A stretch of DNA of 64,000 bases from an uncultured delta proteobacterium (GTDB taxonomy: Bacteria > Myxococcota_A > Polyangia > Fen-1088): positions 1,568,001 through 1,632,000 of the forward strand of contig CAWCMR010000025.1 of assembly GCA_963796685.1 (NCBI GenBank). Reading direction: 5' to 3'. Positions 10,201 to 16,916 of the stretch are shown here, piece by piece (positions within the stretch are counted from its first letter, which is position 1; each line of letters opens with the position of its first letter). The notes under the pieces were generated by a model. The model ran no database searches and had not been told where the DNA came from. It saw only the letters and a program-made list of their open reading frames with translations. The position numbers and the translations under genes were made by a program.

Positions 10201-12053
10201 GCGGGGATGGGTTGGCGAGCGGCGCGGCCCGCGCGACCTTGGCGCGGCGGCTCGGCGACCTGGTCAAGAAGGCCGATCCGGCCCAGGCCAAGGACGTCTA
10301 CCGCTCGGCCCTGGCGGTGTCGCTGCCCGACGCGACCGTCAAGCGATCGCTGCAACTCTCGCTGGCCGAGCTTCTGACCGATGAGAGCGAGCTGTCCGAG
10401 CGCGCTGCGCTTGGCGAGGACATCTTGCGGGGCGAGACGGGCGAGACCGCTGCGGCCCGGGCCATCGCGCTTTGCGATCTGCGCCTGCGCATCGGCGACG
10501 ACGCCGGGGCCGAGCGCGCCCTGGTCCTTGGCCGCGAGCGCGCCCTGGCCAGCGCGGAGGTGTTCGAGAGGCTGGCCGCCTTCTACACCGAGCGCGCGCG
10601 CTGGGCGGAGGTCGTGCAGCTCTTCAGCCAGGAGGCGAGCCGTCAGCCCGATGCCGGCAAGACCACGCGCATGTTGCGCAAGGTGGCCCACCTGCAGCGC
10701 GAGAAACTGGGGGATGCCAAGAGCGCGGCCCAGACCCTGCAACGCGCGGCGGAGGCCGATCCCTCCGATTTCGATCTGGTGCGCGAGCTGTGCGACTCCC
10801 TGGTCGAGGCGGGCGAGACCGCGCAGGCGATCTCGGCGGTCAGCGAGATCTTGGCCAGGAGCCCCGAGGCGGCCATGCGCGTGGGCCTCCTGCGCCTGCG
10901 CGCCGAGCTGGCCGTGCGCAACCAAGACGACACGGCCGCGACGAGAGATCTGGAAGAGGCGCTCGTCCTTGGCGCCAGCGACGCCGGGACCGAGCTGGCC
11001 GCGGTGCTGGCACGCGCCGCCGGCCGCACCACCAACGAAGAGGAAAGACCGGCCGCGCGCGCGGCAACCCTGCGTTTGGCCGAGATCCTGCGCGCGGGCG
11101 GCGACCACGAGCAGGCCGATCAGGTGCTGTTCCGCTGGATCGAGGCCTTCCCCGACGACCGCGACATGCTCTACCGGATGCGCGACATCTTCATCGCGGC
11201 CGAACGCTGGGAGTCCGCGGCCAACGTGTGGGCTCGCCTCGTGCACATCGAGGAGGGTGACGCCAAGGTTCAGGCCGTCTTGGCCCTGACCGACGCGTGC
11301 GAAAAGCTCGGGCGCGGCGAGGAGGCCTTGCCATGGCTTTCCGGCGTGCTCAGCCAGGTGCCGGGCCACCGCGCGCTGCAATTGCGCCTGGCCGGGCTCT
11401 ACGCCTCGACCGGCAACATCGCCGAATCGGCGCGCCTGCGCAACGAGATGGCCGACAGCGAGCCCGACGAAAGCGAGCGCTTCGCCCTGTACGTGCAGAT
11501 CGGCCAGGCGCTTCTCGCCGTAGGGGAAGGCGCGGACGCCGCGGTGGCGCTGGAGAAGGCCCTCGCGCTTCCGCGCGCCGATCGTCCGACCCGGTCGCTG
11601 CTGCTCGACGCGTACACCGCGGCCGGCAGGCTCGACCACGCCTCCACCGTCCTTACCGACTTGCTCGTCGACGCCAAATCCATGAAGTCCGAGGAGCTGG
11701 CCATGCTCTACCAGCGCCAGTCCAAGCTGGCGGCCCTGACGGGCGATCGCGACGGCCAACTGCAAGCGCTCAAGAAGGCGCTGGACGTGGATCGCCGAAG
11801 CGTCGCCATCGCCAACGAGCTGGCCGATCTGGCCGAGTCCATCGGCGACGACGAGCTGGCCCTGCGCGCCCTGCGCGTGGTCGCCGCCAATCCCGTCAAG
11901 GACGCCAAGGTCCTGGCGCTCGCATACCTGCGCCAGGCGCGCATCGCCCACCGGGCCAAGGATCGCTCGCGCGCCATCATCTTCGTCAAGCGCGCCCTGC
12001 AAGAAAACTCCGACCTCGAAGAGGCCCGCGCCCTGCTGGATCAGCTGCGGTAG
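4230..12053 (+). CDS. Giant (~2600 aa) tetratricopeptide-repeat alpha-solenoid protein
   Basis: Uninterrupted 7.8-kb ORF, ATG at 4230 after a GAGGGG RBS; continuous TPR-like helices (e.g. AIGAYEKVAGLVADPSAMEALARLYE); no catalytic motif seen. Confidence 0.85.
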   Translation: MKRDSSTTGSRSVDSDKGSLEKLKGALRKAEKQPAEMSAWDDLEALVVETQKPDEVAAAYRKALSPGLAPDLISALGQRALQFYEEWYAGETAVIVELLENVLLLDASADWALERLTILRSVNQQWDELLSSYDLVLEGLADGPRRRRLLQDAAGVARDSGNTARAASYLRTLLEAAPGTLEVSSELERLLEKLGDFATLASVLGLRLAAMSGNDAIDVRERLAGLYLDHLGEPGKALDEIEKILAQPSLTNDGVPCALADRILNDATLPAAVRRRALDILRARHAQLGRLDGVVAALRVALTFATPDETRALVNEAADMLERKGDLAAAREQLVELVAFQPDEASTRARLKFLAEVTGAPAAYVRGLLVAAEATRDAKLQVALWLEAAQLEDARPKGAGAEQASALYRKILASSAAETEQILLALRKLTALLAPDADERLDILERQAKLEPSPGMRRGLLGEAAELARARGELDRALGLWQERLAADANDRKALARTIEILEGASRWQELVVALTRRASADVPWMQRRADLLRVAEVERDQLGNPPGAIAALTKILETAAGDAGAVAAILDLFAASGRWQDLLNLGTRVGQDTQGGLVALFVRLGDACRVQLSDPQGAATWYGRALSIDPRAQGLRDALLALADDEAARVSAVDGVVRCCAASDDWQGLLAILPHRLNLAQSDGERVRIHREAAEIEEKRAQRPSQALGHHIAILELRPDDTQAEAEILRLAAATGEHARAAKSIEQATAALPPLAPRGAQLLLLASRLFEENAGDRTAALACAEKALQAAPSDRAVRLVVVRLASLQGAFQTAVDAALAEPFDAGVLVGDFLPLMEKAASGAGEAQASFKTLGRLLSTALAKKAGVSGTLGRAIEERIADYAVAPDKAAGWREKALLRARDYDPTHVPTLRKLAEAQRGRGGKPLYDTLVQIAALVPRELDSLVEALDVAEQDRKDPGLVRAALTSLFDCSAGLLRAGLAAEGKSVAADALVRAAQGLAKQLGSSRDKADVRYAVDCLLEASRLPIAADVAQTLRGRAGELAAEIDKKLARELLRQAVDQDPRNREAIKALAKLYEEADMLSDLLTLRRRELDDAAGADERLALRLDIARLGEIVESRTGRFEILLANLEDSPGHPATLAAIGQLLRSRGRYAELTDILVAQAHKLEEQSDAAPAALLWQEAAALFEKQLGDPARAIGAYEKVAGLVADPSAMEALARLYEAAGEPLAAATWLEQRMSASAPTEKREAVAKLAQTYVEGGQRHRAVAALERALGEDPAASALWTMLARLHREAGHHEALLRALLAFSAHTQDPETVVACAREALALCQERLHAPALAVPALERAVGLAPEERDLRLALADGLRASGRLAEARVVLEGLLQEYGRRQSRERAGLHLQIATVARAEKDVDLAAKHLEQAAAVLLDSADVQLALAEVAEARGDLERAEKAYRALLVLARRGHGGDSTMTAGEVLVRLRRLALRQGRKAEAGEHLESAIARALHDPAEARRIQAVLLADGDHDTLLALIDKRRAAATHVNDEALVVCERAGVLEAIGRGEEGLSVVLEILVKVPDSAEAHTLARGIAVRVGKAEAYLDAVAAAADKLRRADDAGTLADLLLRAADVAEKDLHLPDRALAFLRRAEQANRRKAEVQSALIRVAAQAGDEAESKRAVAGLRRLLQAAASDAEKGDLLYRLAEAEIGQADTREDGLDALAEAVELYPDLPRATAIVQGGQVPDSALTRVLPVYEKVARASKDERMLLDFLERRASLPGAQLGDLREGVELAISLSEGERAERMLARAIEVASGNGSPGGLREGLWAVSDLSRRLRAKGDMAGAARVLEQAREEWGNPRLTPLVRETARAAAAAPELAAEAARLLEQLRGLYPTDREVWEPLLDLYARLGERQALQALVDDLVGKLMGRGDCCAVRMAWARYLQKSGDAGEEMSAALRDVLLEEPGHPEALTLLADIYEARGEVSEAVTLLSEALSGGDGLASGAARATLARRLGDLVKKADPAQAKDVYRSALAVSLPDATVKRSLQLSLAELLTDESELSERAALGEDILRGETGETAAARAIALCDLRLRIGDDAGAERALVLGRERALASAEVFERLAAFYTERARWAEVVQLFSQEASRQPDAGKTTRMLRKVAHLQREKLGDAKSAAQTLQRAAEADPSDFDLVRELCDSLVEAGETAQAISAVSEILARSPEAAMRVGLLRLRAELAVRNQDDTAATRDLEEALVLGASDAGTELAAVLARAAGRTTNEEERPAARAATLRLAEILRAGGDHEQADQVLFRWIEAFPDDRDMLYRMRDIFIAAERWESAANVWARLVHIEEGDAKVQAVLALTDACEKLGRGEEALPWLSGVLSQVPGHRALQLRLAGLYASTGNIAESARLRNEMADSEPDESERFALYVQIGQALLAVGEGADAAVALEKALALPRADRPTRSLLLDAYTAAGRLDHASTVLTDLLVDAKSMKSEELAMLYQRQSKLAALTGDRDGQLQALKKALDVDRRSVAIANELADLAESIGDDELALRALRVVAANPVKDAKVLALAYLRQARIAHRAKDRSRAIIFVKRALQENSDLEEARALLDQLR

Positions 12054-12419
12054 CTAATCTGATCCTGCGTGCTCGCGAACGCGACCGGGCTCCACAATCC
12101 ACAGTTTGCGTCGGGGATTTGTCTGCACGAGTGCGCCGACCAGGGTTTGCACCAATACATTCAAGCCTGGGGCGCTGAATATCGCTTGCGAGCGCAGAAT
12201 CACTATCCCCTCGAAGGACGACGGCGGAAATCGGATCGGGTCCGCGAAATCCAGATCGAGAGTGACCAGGCATCGTCCTTCGGCCGCGCAGGCATCGATG
12301 AGCATTCGGTCGGTCGCCGACTGCATGGACTGCTGTGCGACTGTTGCGACGTCGTGCCCAGCCTCACGCAAAGGGCGAAGGCCTCGTTCACCCAGGTTTT
12401 CGTCGAGATTGAACCTCAC
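12054..12419 (-). CDS. DUF5615 PIN-like toxin (VapC45 type)
   Basis: GTG start at 12419 overlaps the upstream stop (GTGA); RFNLDENL..GHDV..SATDRMLIDACAAEGRCLVTLDLDF. Confidence 0.85.
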   Translation of the reverse strand: MRFNLDENLGERGLRPLREAGHDVATVAQQSMQSATDRMLIDACAAEGRCLVTLDLDFADPIRFPPSSFEGIVILRSQAIFSAPGLNVLVQTLVGALVQTNPRRKLWIVEPGRVREHAGSD

Positions 12420-12664
12420 GCCGTCTTCTTCACGGGAATATCCACGAATCGTTCGCGCGACATTTCCGCGCCGTAGGCAAGGCAGGCAAGGATGTCCGCC
12501 TCTGCAAGTCCAGGATAGTCGGCGAGGATCTGTGCCGTGGTCGATCCGCTGGCGAGCAGGTCCAAGATCAGCGCGACCCAAATGCGATGGCCCCGAATGC
12601 ACGGCTTGCCAAAGCAGATGTTTGGATCCACCGAAATGCGCGACAACAGCTCTTCGCGGCTCAT
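12416..12664 (-). CDS. DUF433 antitoxin (VapB45 type)
   Basis: RISVDPNICFGKPCIRGHRIWVALILDLLASG..ILADYPGLAEADILACLAY is the canonical DUF433 pattern; directly upstream of the DUF5615 gene. Confidence 0.92.
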   Translation of the reverse strand: MSREELLSRISVDPNICFGKPCIRGHRIWVALILDLLASGSTTAQILADYPGLAEADILACLAYGAEMSRERFVDIPVKKTA

Positions 12665-12715
12665 GGTATCCGAGAGGATAGCACCACCTCGGACCGCGAG
12701 CATCCAGACCTGGGT

Positions 12716-12742
12716 CTAACGTCAGAGCCCCGTCCCCTGTCT
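12716..12742 (+). promoter_or_regulatory. Putative ECF-sigma promoter (CTAAC-N18-GTCT) of the Cys-repeat gene
   Basis: ctaac gtcaga gccccgt cccct gtct; the same motif with identical spacing recurs at 13222-13248. Confidence 0.65.
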
Positions 12743-12773
12743 TGCCATCGAACCATCCACAAAGGAGACATCG

Positions 12774-13184
12774 ATGACCACAAGAACCCTAGGACTACTT
12801 GCCGGGATGACTTTCGCCGCACTGACCGTGCTTGCACCCCATCGCGCATCCGCCGCGAACGATAACGGCGGTCCGCCGGCACCGCCCCAGGAAGCCATCG
12901 ACGCTTGCGCCAACCAGCAGGAGGGAGCCTCGTGCACGGTTTCCTTTCACGGACAGTCGGTGCAGGGGAAGTGCGTGAAGGGGCCGCAGGGACAGGAGCC
13001 GCTGGCGTGTATGCCGCCACCGCCCCGGCCACCTCAGGAAGCCATCGACGCTTGCGCCAACCAGCAAGAGGGCGCCTCGTGCACGGTTTCCTTTCACGGG
13101 CAGTCGGTGCAGGGGAAGTGCGTGAAAGGGCCGGAGGGACAGGAGCCGCTGGCCTGCATGCCGCCGCACCCGCCTCGTCCCTGA
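12774..13184 (+). CDS. Secreted small protein with two tandem 49-aa four-cysteine repeats
   Basis: AAGGAG RBS, Sec signal ending ASA, then 2x PPQEAIDACANQQEGASCTVSFHGQSVQGKCVKGPxGQEPLACMPP. Confidence 0.85.
   Translation: MTTRTLGLLAGMTFAALTVLAPHRASAANDNGGPPAPPQEAIDACANQQEGASCTVSFHGQSVQGKCVKGPQGQEPLACMPPPPRPPQEAIDACANQQEGASCTVSFHGQSVQGKCVKGPEGQEPLACMPPHPPRP
12888..13167 (+). repeat. Near-identical intragenic direct repeat, 147-bp period
   Basis: caggaagccatcgacgcttgcgccaaccagca.. starts at 12888 and again at 13035. Confidence 0.95.
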
Positions 13185-13221
13185 CCTGAAACCAAGGAGA
13201 GCTCGTTCTGCTCGAATTTCG

Positions 13222-13248
13222 CTAACAGTCGTGCCCCGTTGGTTGTCT
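13222..13248 (+). promoter_or_regulatory. Putative autoregulatory ECF promoter (CTAAC-N18-GTCT)
   Basis: ctaac agtcgt gccccgt tggtt gtct, 22 bp before the ECF gene; matches 12716-12742. Confidence 0.65.
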
Positions 13249-13270
13249 ACTGTTACAGAGTCCATCCACC

Positions 13271-13846
13271 GTGCTGACCCATGATGCGTGCGCTGATTTG
13301 GTCCACCGCGCTCGGCGAGGCGAGGCAGACGCCTTCGCGGGCCTGGTGCGTGCCTTTCTGCGGCCGGCCTACAGCGTCGCGCTGTCGGTGGTGGGCCGGC
13401 CGGCGGATGCGGAGGACACGGCCCAGGAGGCGTTCTTGAAGGCCTTCCAATCGCTCGAGACATGTCGCGAACCGGGGCGTTTCGCCGCTTGGCTGTTTCA
13501 GATCGTTCGCAACCGCGCGCGCAATCTTCTCGACAGCCGGCGCTTGCGCGATGTCGCTCCGGACGGTGCCCGAATTCTAGAATTCGCCGCCCAGCCGCCC
13601 GAATCGGCCGGCATGCGCGAGGCCCTCGTTTCCGCCCTGGCCGATCTCGACGCGGGAAAGCGCGAGGTAGTTCTGCTGCACGATCTTGAGAGCTGGACCC
13701 ACGCGGAAATCGCCGAGGCTCTTGGTATTTCGGAGGTCAACTCGCGCCAGCACCTATTCCAGGCCCGCCAGATCTTGCGCGCGAAGCTGGGCGGCGGGGC
13801 GCCCCAAGAGACAAAGGCCGGAAGTGAGGGACACCATGCAGGATGA
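13271..13846 (+). CDS. ECF-subfamily RNA polymerase sigma-70 factor
   Basis: Region 2 DAEDTAQEAFLKAF..FAAWLFQIVRNRARN; region 4 REVVLLHDLESWTHAEIAEALGISEVNSRQHLFQAR. Confidence 0.93.
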   Translation: MLTHDACADLVHRARRGEADAFAGLVRAFLRPAYSVALSVVGRPADAEDTAQEAFLKAFQSLETCREPGRFAAWLFQIVRNRARNLLDSRRLRDVAPDGARILEFAAQPPESAGMREALVSALADLDAGKREVVLLHDLESWTHAEIAEALGISEVNSRQHLFQARQILRAKLGGGAPQETKAGSEGHHAG

Positions 13847-14189
13847 CCGGCACAATGAACGAGAAGATGAACGCATCGACTTCTCCGCGCTCGACCCGAG
13901 CCGAGACGAGCTGCGCTGGACGAGAACCGTAGACGGGCTGGTGGACAAGGCCCTGGCCGAACGGCGCAAGCGGCTTTCCATCGAACGGCAGTTGCTGCGC
14001 TGGGCTCGCCCGGCCCTGGCCGTTGCGGCGAGCCTCGGCCTCGTTGCCTGGACGGCCGATTTTCTTGCCGCGCACCGACCGGGCACGACCGCGCAACACC
14101 CCGCCGCATTGACCGTGGCCAACTGGGCCGCCAACAACCAAATCCCCCAGCCGAGCGAGCTTTGGGGAGCCCTGGAGGGCGATCGATGA
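13836..14189 (+). CDS. Putative single-TM anti-sigma factor
   Basis: ATG 13836 overlaps the sigma 3' end; short charged N-terminus (IDFSALDPSRD), one hydrophobic segment (WARPALAVAASLGLVAW), short periplasmic tail. Confidence 0.7.
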   Translation: MQDDRHNEREDERIDFSALDPSRDELRWTRTVDGLVDKALAERRKRLSIERQLLRWARPALAVAASLGLVAWTADFLAAHRPGTTAQHPAALTVANWAANNQIPQPSELWGALEGDR

Positions 14190-14665
14190 CGAACGAACGA
14201 TCCCCACGCCAAATCCGCCTGCTCACGGCGCTGCTTCTCTTCGGCACATTCCTGTTCGGGGCGGTCGCCGGCGCCGGCTTCTCGCGCTGGAATCTCATGC
14301 CGCCGCCCCCGCCAAGGCCGGCGCCCTTTCTCCCCGGACCGCCCGGCGCTCTCAGGCTGACTCCCGAACAAGAGGCGAAAGCGCGCGCCATCACCGAGCA
14401 CCACCGTCCCGAGCTCGAAGCCCTCTTGCGCGCGAATTTTCCCAAGGTGCAGGCCATCAACGAGCAGATGGAGAAGGAGCTGCGCGAGCTCCTGACCCCC
14501 GAGCAGATCGCGATCCTCGACGACATGAAGGCCCACCGTCCGCCCATGCCGCCCGGCCTGCCACCCCCGGGCGATCCGGGCTTCATGCCTCCACCAGGGG
14601 GCGGGCCTCCGCCGTGGCCGCCGGGTCTTGCGCCACCACCGCCGGGTGGACCGCCGGGGCGCTGA
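14186..14665 (+). CDS. Spy/CpxP/ZraP-like periplasmic sensor (LTxxQ motifs) with Pro-rich tail
   Basis: ATGA overlap; N-terminal TM; LRLTPEQ..LLTPEQ motifs. Confidence 0.75.
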   Translation: MTNERSPRQIRLLTALLLFGTFLFGAVAGAGFSRWNLMPPPPPRPAPFLPGPPGALRLTPEQEAKARAITEHHRPELEALLRANFPKVQAINEQMEKELRELLTPEQIAILDDMKAHRPPMPPGLPPPGDPGFMPPPGGGPPPWPPGLAPPPPGGPPGR

Positions 14666-14698
14666 CACACCGACGCGTCAGACGGTGCCAGGGCCCAC

Positions 14699-14724
14699 GA
14701 AACCTTTTTCGGGTTGGCCGGTAT
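14699..14724 (+). promoter_or_regulatory. Putative ECF promoter (GAAAC-N17-GTAT) of the second ECF gene
   Basis: gaaac ctttttcgggttggccg gtat, ~40 bp before ATG 14764; resembles SigW-type promoters. Confidence 0.4.
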
Positions 14725-14763
14725 GACCCTGCGTAGGATTCACCACGCTCTCCGGCTCGACTC

Positions 14764-15018
14764 ATGGACGACGGCTTTCTCATTCGCCAAACGCTCGGCG
14801 GCAACCGCAACGCCTTTCGGCTGCTGGTGGTGAGGTATCAGCGTCCGCTGTTTCGTTTCCTGGGCGGTTTCGGTCTCGGACAAGCGGTGGCGGAAGAGCT
14901 GGCGCAGGAAAGCTTCCTGCGCGCCTTCCGCAGTCTGGCCGGCTACGACGCCGCCAAGGCGAAATTCTCGTCGTGGTTGTTCACCATCGCCAAGCACCTG
15001 GCCATCAACGAGAAACGG
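14764..15018 (+). pseudogene. Truncated ECF sigma factor (region 2 only)
   Basis: GNRNAFRLLVVRYQRPLFRF..AEELAQESFLRAF..KFSSWLFTIAKHLAINEKR, then the sigma-like sequence stops abruptly; no region 4. Confidence 0.8.
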
Positions 15019-15181
15019 GCAGGTGTTCGTGCTCGGCGACAACCGCGATGCCTCGCACGATTCGCGCCAGTTCGGCACCGTGCCCATCGCCGACGTTACG
15101 GCGGTGGCGCGCCAGGTGTGGTTCTCGGGCGACGCCCACGATGGCCTTCGGCTGCGACGGGTGGGCAGGTTGCTCGACTGA
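15017..15181 (+). pseudogene. lepB: C-terminal fragment of signal peptidase I
   Basis: The +1 frame reads GQVFVLGDNRDASHDSRQFGTVPIADVTAVARQVWFS..RVGRLLD* (box E, GDNRxxSxDSR); no start codon and no catalytic Ser/Lys boxes. Confidence 0.8.
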
Positions 15182-15319
15182 GAGCCGCGATCGTCACCGG
15201 TTGGGCGAGCACCGGTCTCCAAAGCGGCGGAAATTTGTCCAAGACGATACAACGTGTGACGGTGGCGTAGCGGTCTCGAAGGGGCTTTCGGGACATGCTA
15301 GTCAGGAAAGGGAACAGGC

Positions 15320-16609
15320 ATGGCAGTCAACACGAAAAAGGTTCTCAGCGTCATCTTGGGCGGCGGCGCGGGCACGCGATTGTTCCCGCTCACCAAGGAT
15401 CGGGCCAAGCCTGCGGTGCCGCTGGCGGGCAAGTACCGCCTGGTGGACATCCCCATTTCCAACTGCATCAACTCGGATCTGCGCAACATCTATGTGCTCA
15501 CGCAGTTCCAATCGGCCTCCATGCACCGACATATCTCGGGGTCGTACAAATTCGATCCGTTCACCGGCGGTTTCGTCGAGATCCTGGCCGCGCAACAAAC
15601 CTATTCCGACGCCTCGTGGTGGCAGGGCACGGCGGACGCGGTCCGCAAGAACATGATGCACTTTCTGACCCACGGGCCCGAGTACTTCCTGATCCTGAGC
15701 GGCGACCAACTGTACCGCATGGATTTCCGGGACATCCTGCAGCAGCACCAGGACACCGGCGCCGAGATCACCATCGCCACCATTCCGGTCATCCGGCGCG
15801 ACGCGAGCTCGCTCGGCATCATGCACATGAACGCGGACCGCCGCATCCATCGCTTCGTCGAAAAGCCCAAGGAGGAGGCGGTGCTGGACACCCTGCGATT
15901 GCCGCGCGAGTGGTATGCCCGGCTGGGCCTCGCCAGCGACGACGATCTGTTCCTGGCTTCCATGGGCATCTACGTCTTCAACCGCGACGTGCTCTTGCAG
16001 GTGCTCGAGAACGACCTGCCGGACTTCGGCAAGGACATCATTCCAAACGCCATCGCTTCGCGCTCCGTGTTTTCCTACGTGTTTCAGGGCTACTGGGAAG
16101 ACATCGGAACCATTCGCGCGTTCTTCGAGGCCCATCTGGACCTGGCCGCCGAGCTGCCTCGCTTCAGCTTCTTCGACATGTCGGCGCCCATCTTCACCCG
16201 CCCGCGCTGGTTGCCCGGGTCCAAGATCAACGGTGGCACCTTCGACCACGCCATGTTGTGCGATGGCTGCATCATCAACGGCGCGCACATCGAGCATTCG
16301 ATCATCGGCATTCGCAGCGTCATCGGCATCGGCGCCAAGATCTCGCGTACCGTGATCATGGGCTGCGACTACTACGAATCGATGGAGTCCATCCAATCCC
16401 AGGAAGCCCAGGGCCTGCCCCGCATCGGCATCGGCAAGAACGCGCGCATCGAGAACGCCATCATCGACAAGAACGCGCGCATCGGCGACGACGTCGTGAT
16501 TTCACCCGTGGGCAAACCCGAGAGCGTCGACCATCCCCTCTACTACATCCGTGACGGCATCGTGATCATTCCCAAGAACGGCGTCATTCCGTCGGGAACC
16601 GTCATCTGA
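15320..16609 (+). CDS. glgC: Glucose-1-phosphate adenylyltransferase
   Basis: ILGGGAGTRLFPLTKDRAKPAVPLAGKYRLVDIPISNC, WWQGTADAVR, LSGDQLYRMD, FVEKP, YWEDIGTI. Confidence 0.97.
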   Translation: MAVNTKKVLSVILGGGAGTRLFPLTKDRAKPAVPLAGKYRLVDIPISNCINSDLRNIYVLTQFQSASMHRHISGSYKFDPFTGGFVEILAAQQTYSDASWWQGTADAVRKNMMHFLTHGPEYFLILSGDQLYRMDFRDILQQHQDTGAEITIATIPVIRRDASSLGIMHMNADRRIHRFVEKPKEEAVLDTLRLPREWYARLGLASDDDLFLASMGIYVFNRDVLLQVLENDLPDFGKDIIPNAIASRSVFSYVFQGYWEDIGTIRAFFEAHLDLAAELPRFSFFDMSAPIFTRPRWLPGSKINGGTFDHAMLCDGCIINGAHIEHSIIGIRSVIGIGAKISRTVIMGCDYYESMESIQSQEAQGLPRIGIGKNARIENAIIDKNARIGDDVVISPVGKPESVDHPLYYIRDGIVIIPKNGVIPSGTVI

Positions 16610-16610
16610 A

Positions 16611-16835
16611 TGGGAACCCTGGGAGGGTTCCCAAACCCTCCCGCGCTCTGGCGGAGGCGGGCAAAGCCCGTCTCCGCCAACGCGATCATGGGGAACCCGG
16701 ACCTGAAACACCACGCCCCGCGTAGCGGAGCGAAGCGGGCGAGGGCGCGGCGAAGCCGCGGGGGGCAGGGTGTGTAGGACCCGAAGTGCCCGCAGGGCTG
16801 AGAGGTCGCCGAGCGCAGCGAGGCGGGTGAGGGGC
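16611..16835. repeat. Cluster of palindromic REP-like elements between convergent genes
   Basis: Overlapping hairpins tgggaaccct-ggg-agggttccca and gggagggtt-ccca-aaccctccc, then gccccgcgtagcgg..gagaggtcgccgagcgcagcgaggcgggtgagggg. Confidence 0.6.
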
Positions 16836-16916
16836 TGTCACGTTTCATGCCTGAAGGATCCGGGCCATCGGCCCGGCGGCGGTACTGGGAGGGTTAGCTC
16901 AAGGGCCGGTCATGGG

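Noticed and set aside
4023-12002. Very long antisense and alternate-frame ORFs (1800, 1207, 706 aa) over the TPR gene, and similar shadows elsewhere
   Set aside because: Expected in high-GC DNA with few stops; the translations are low-complexity Arg/Gly/Ala-rich or antisense mirror text with no motifs.
12774-13184. Cys-repeat protein as the RiPP precursor of the radical SAM enzyme at 16917
   Set aside because: It has a Sec signal, lies in a different transcription unit ~4 kb away on the other strand, and shares a promoter motif with the ECF module.
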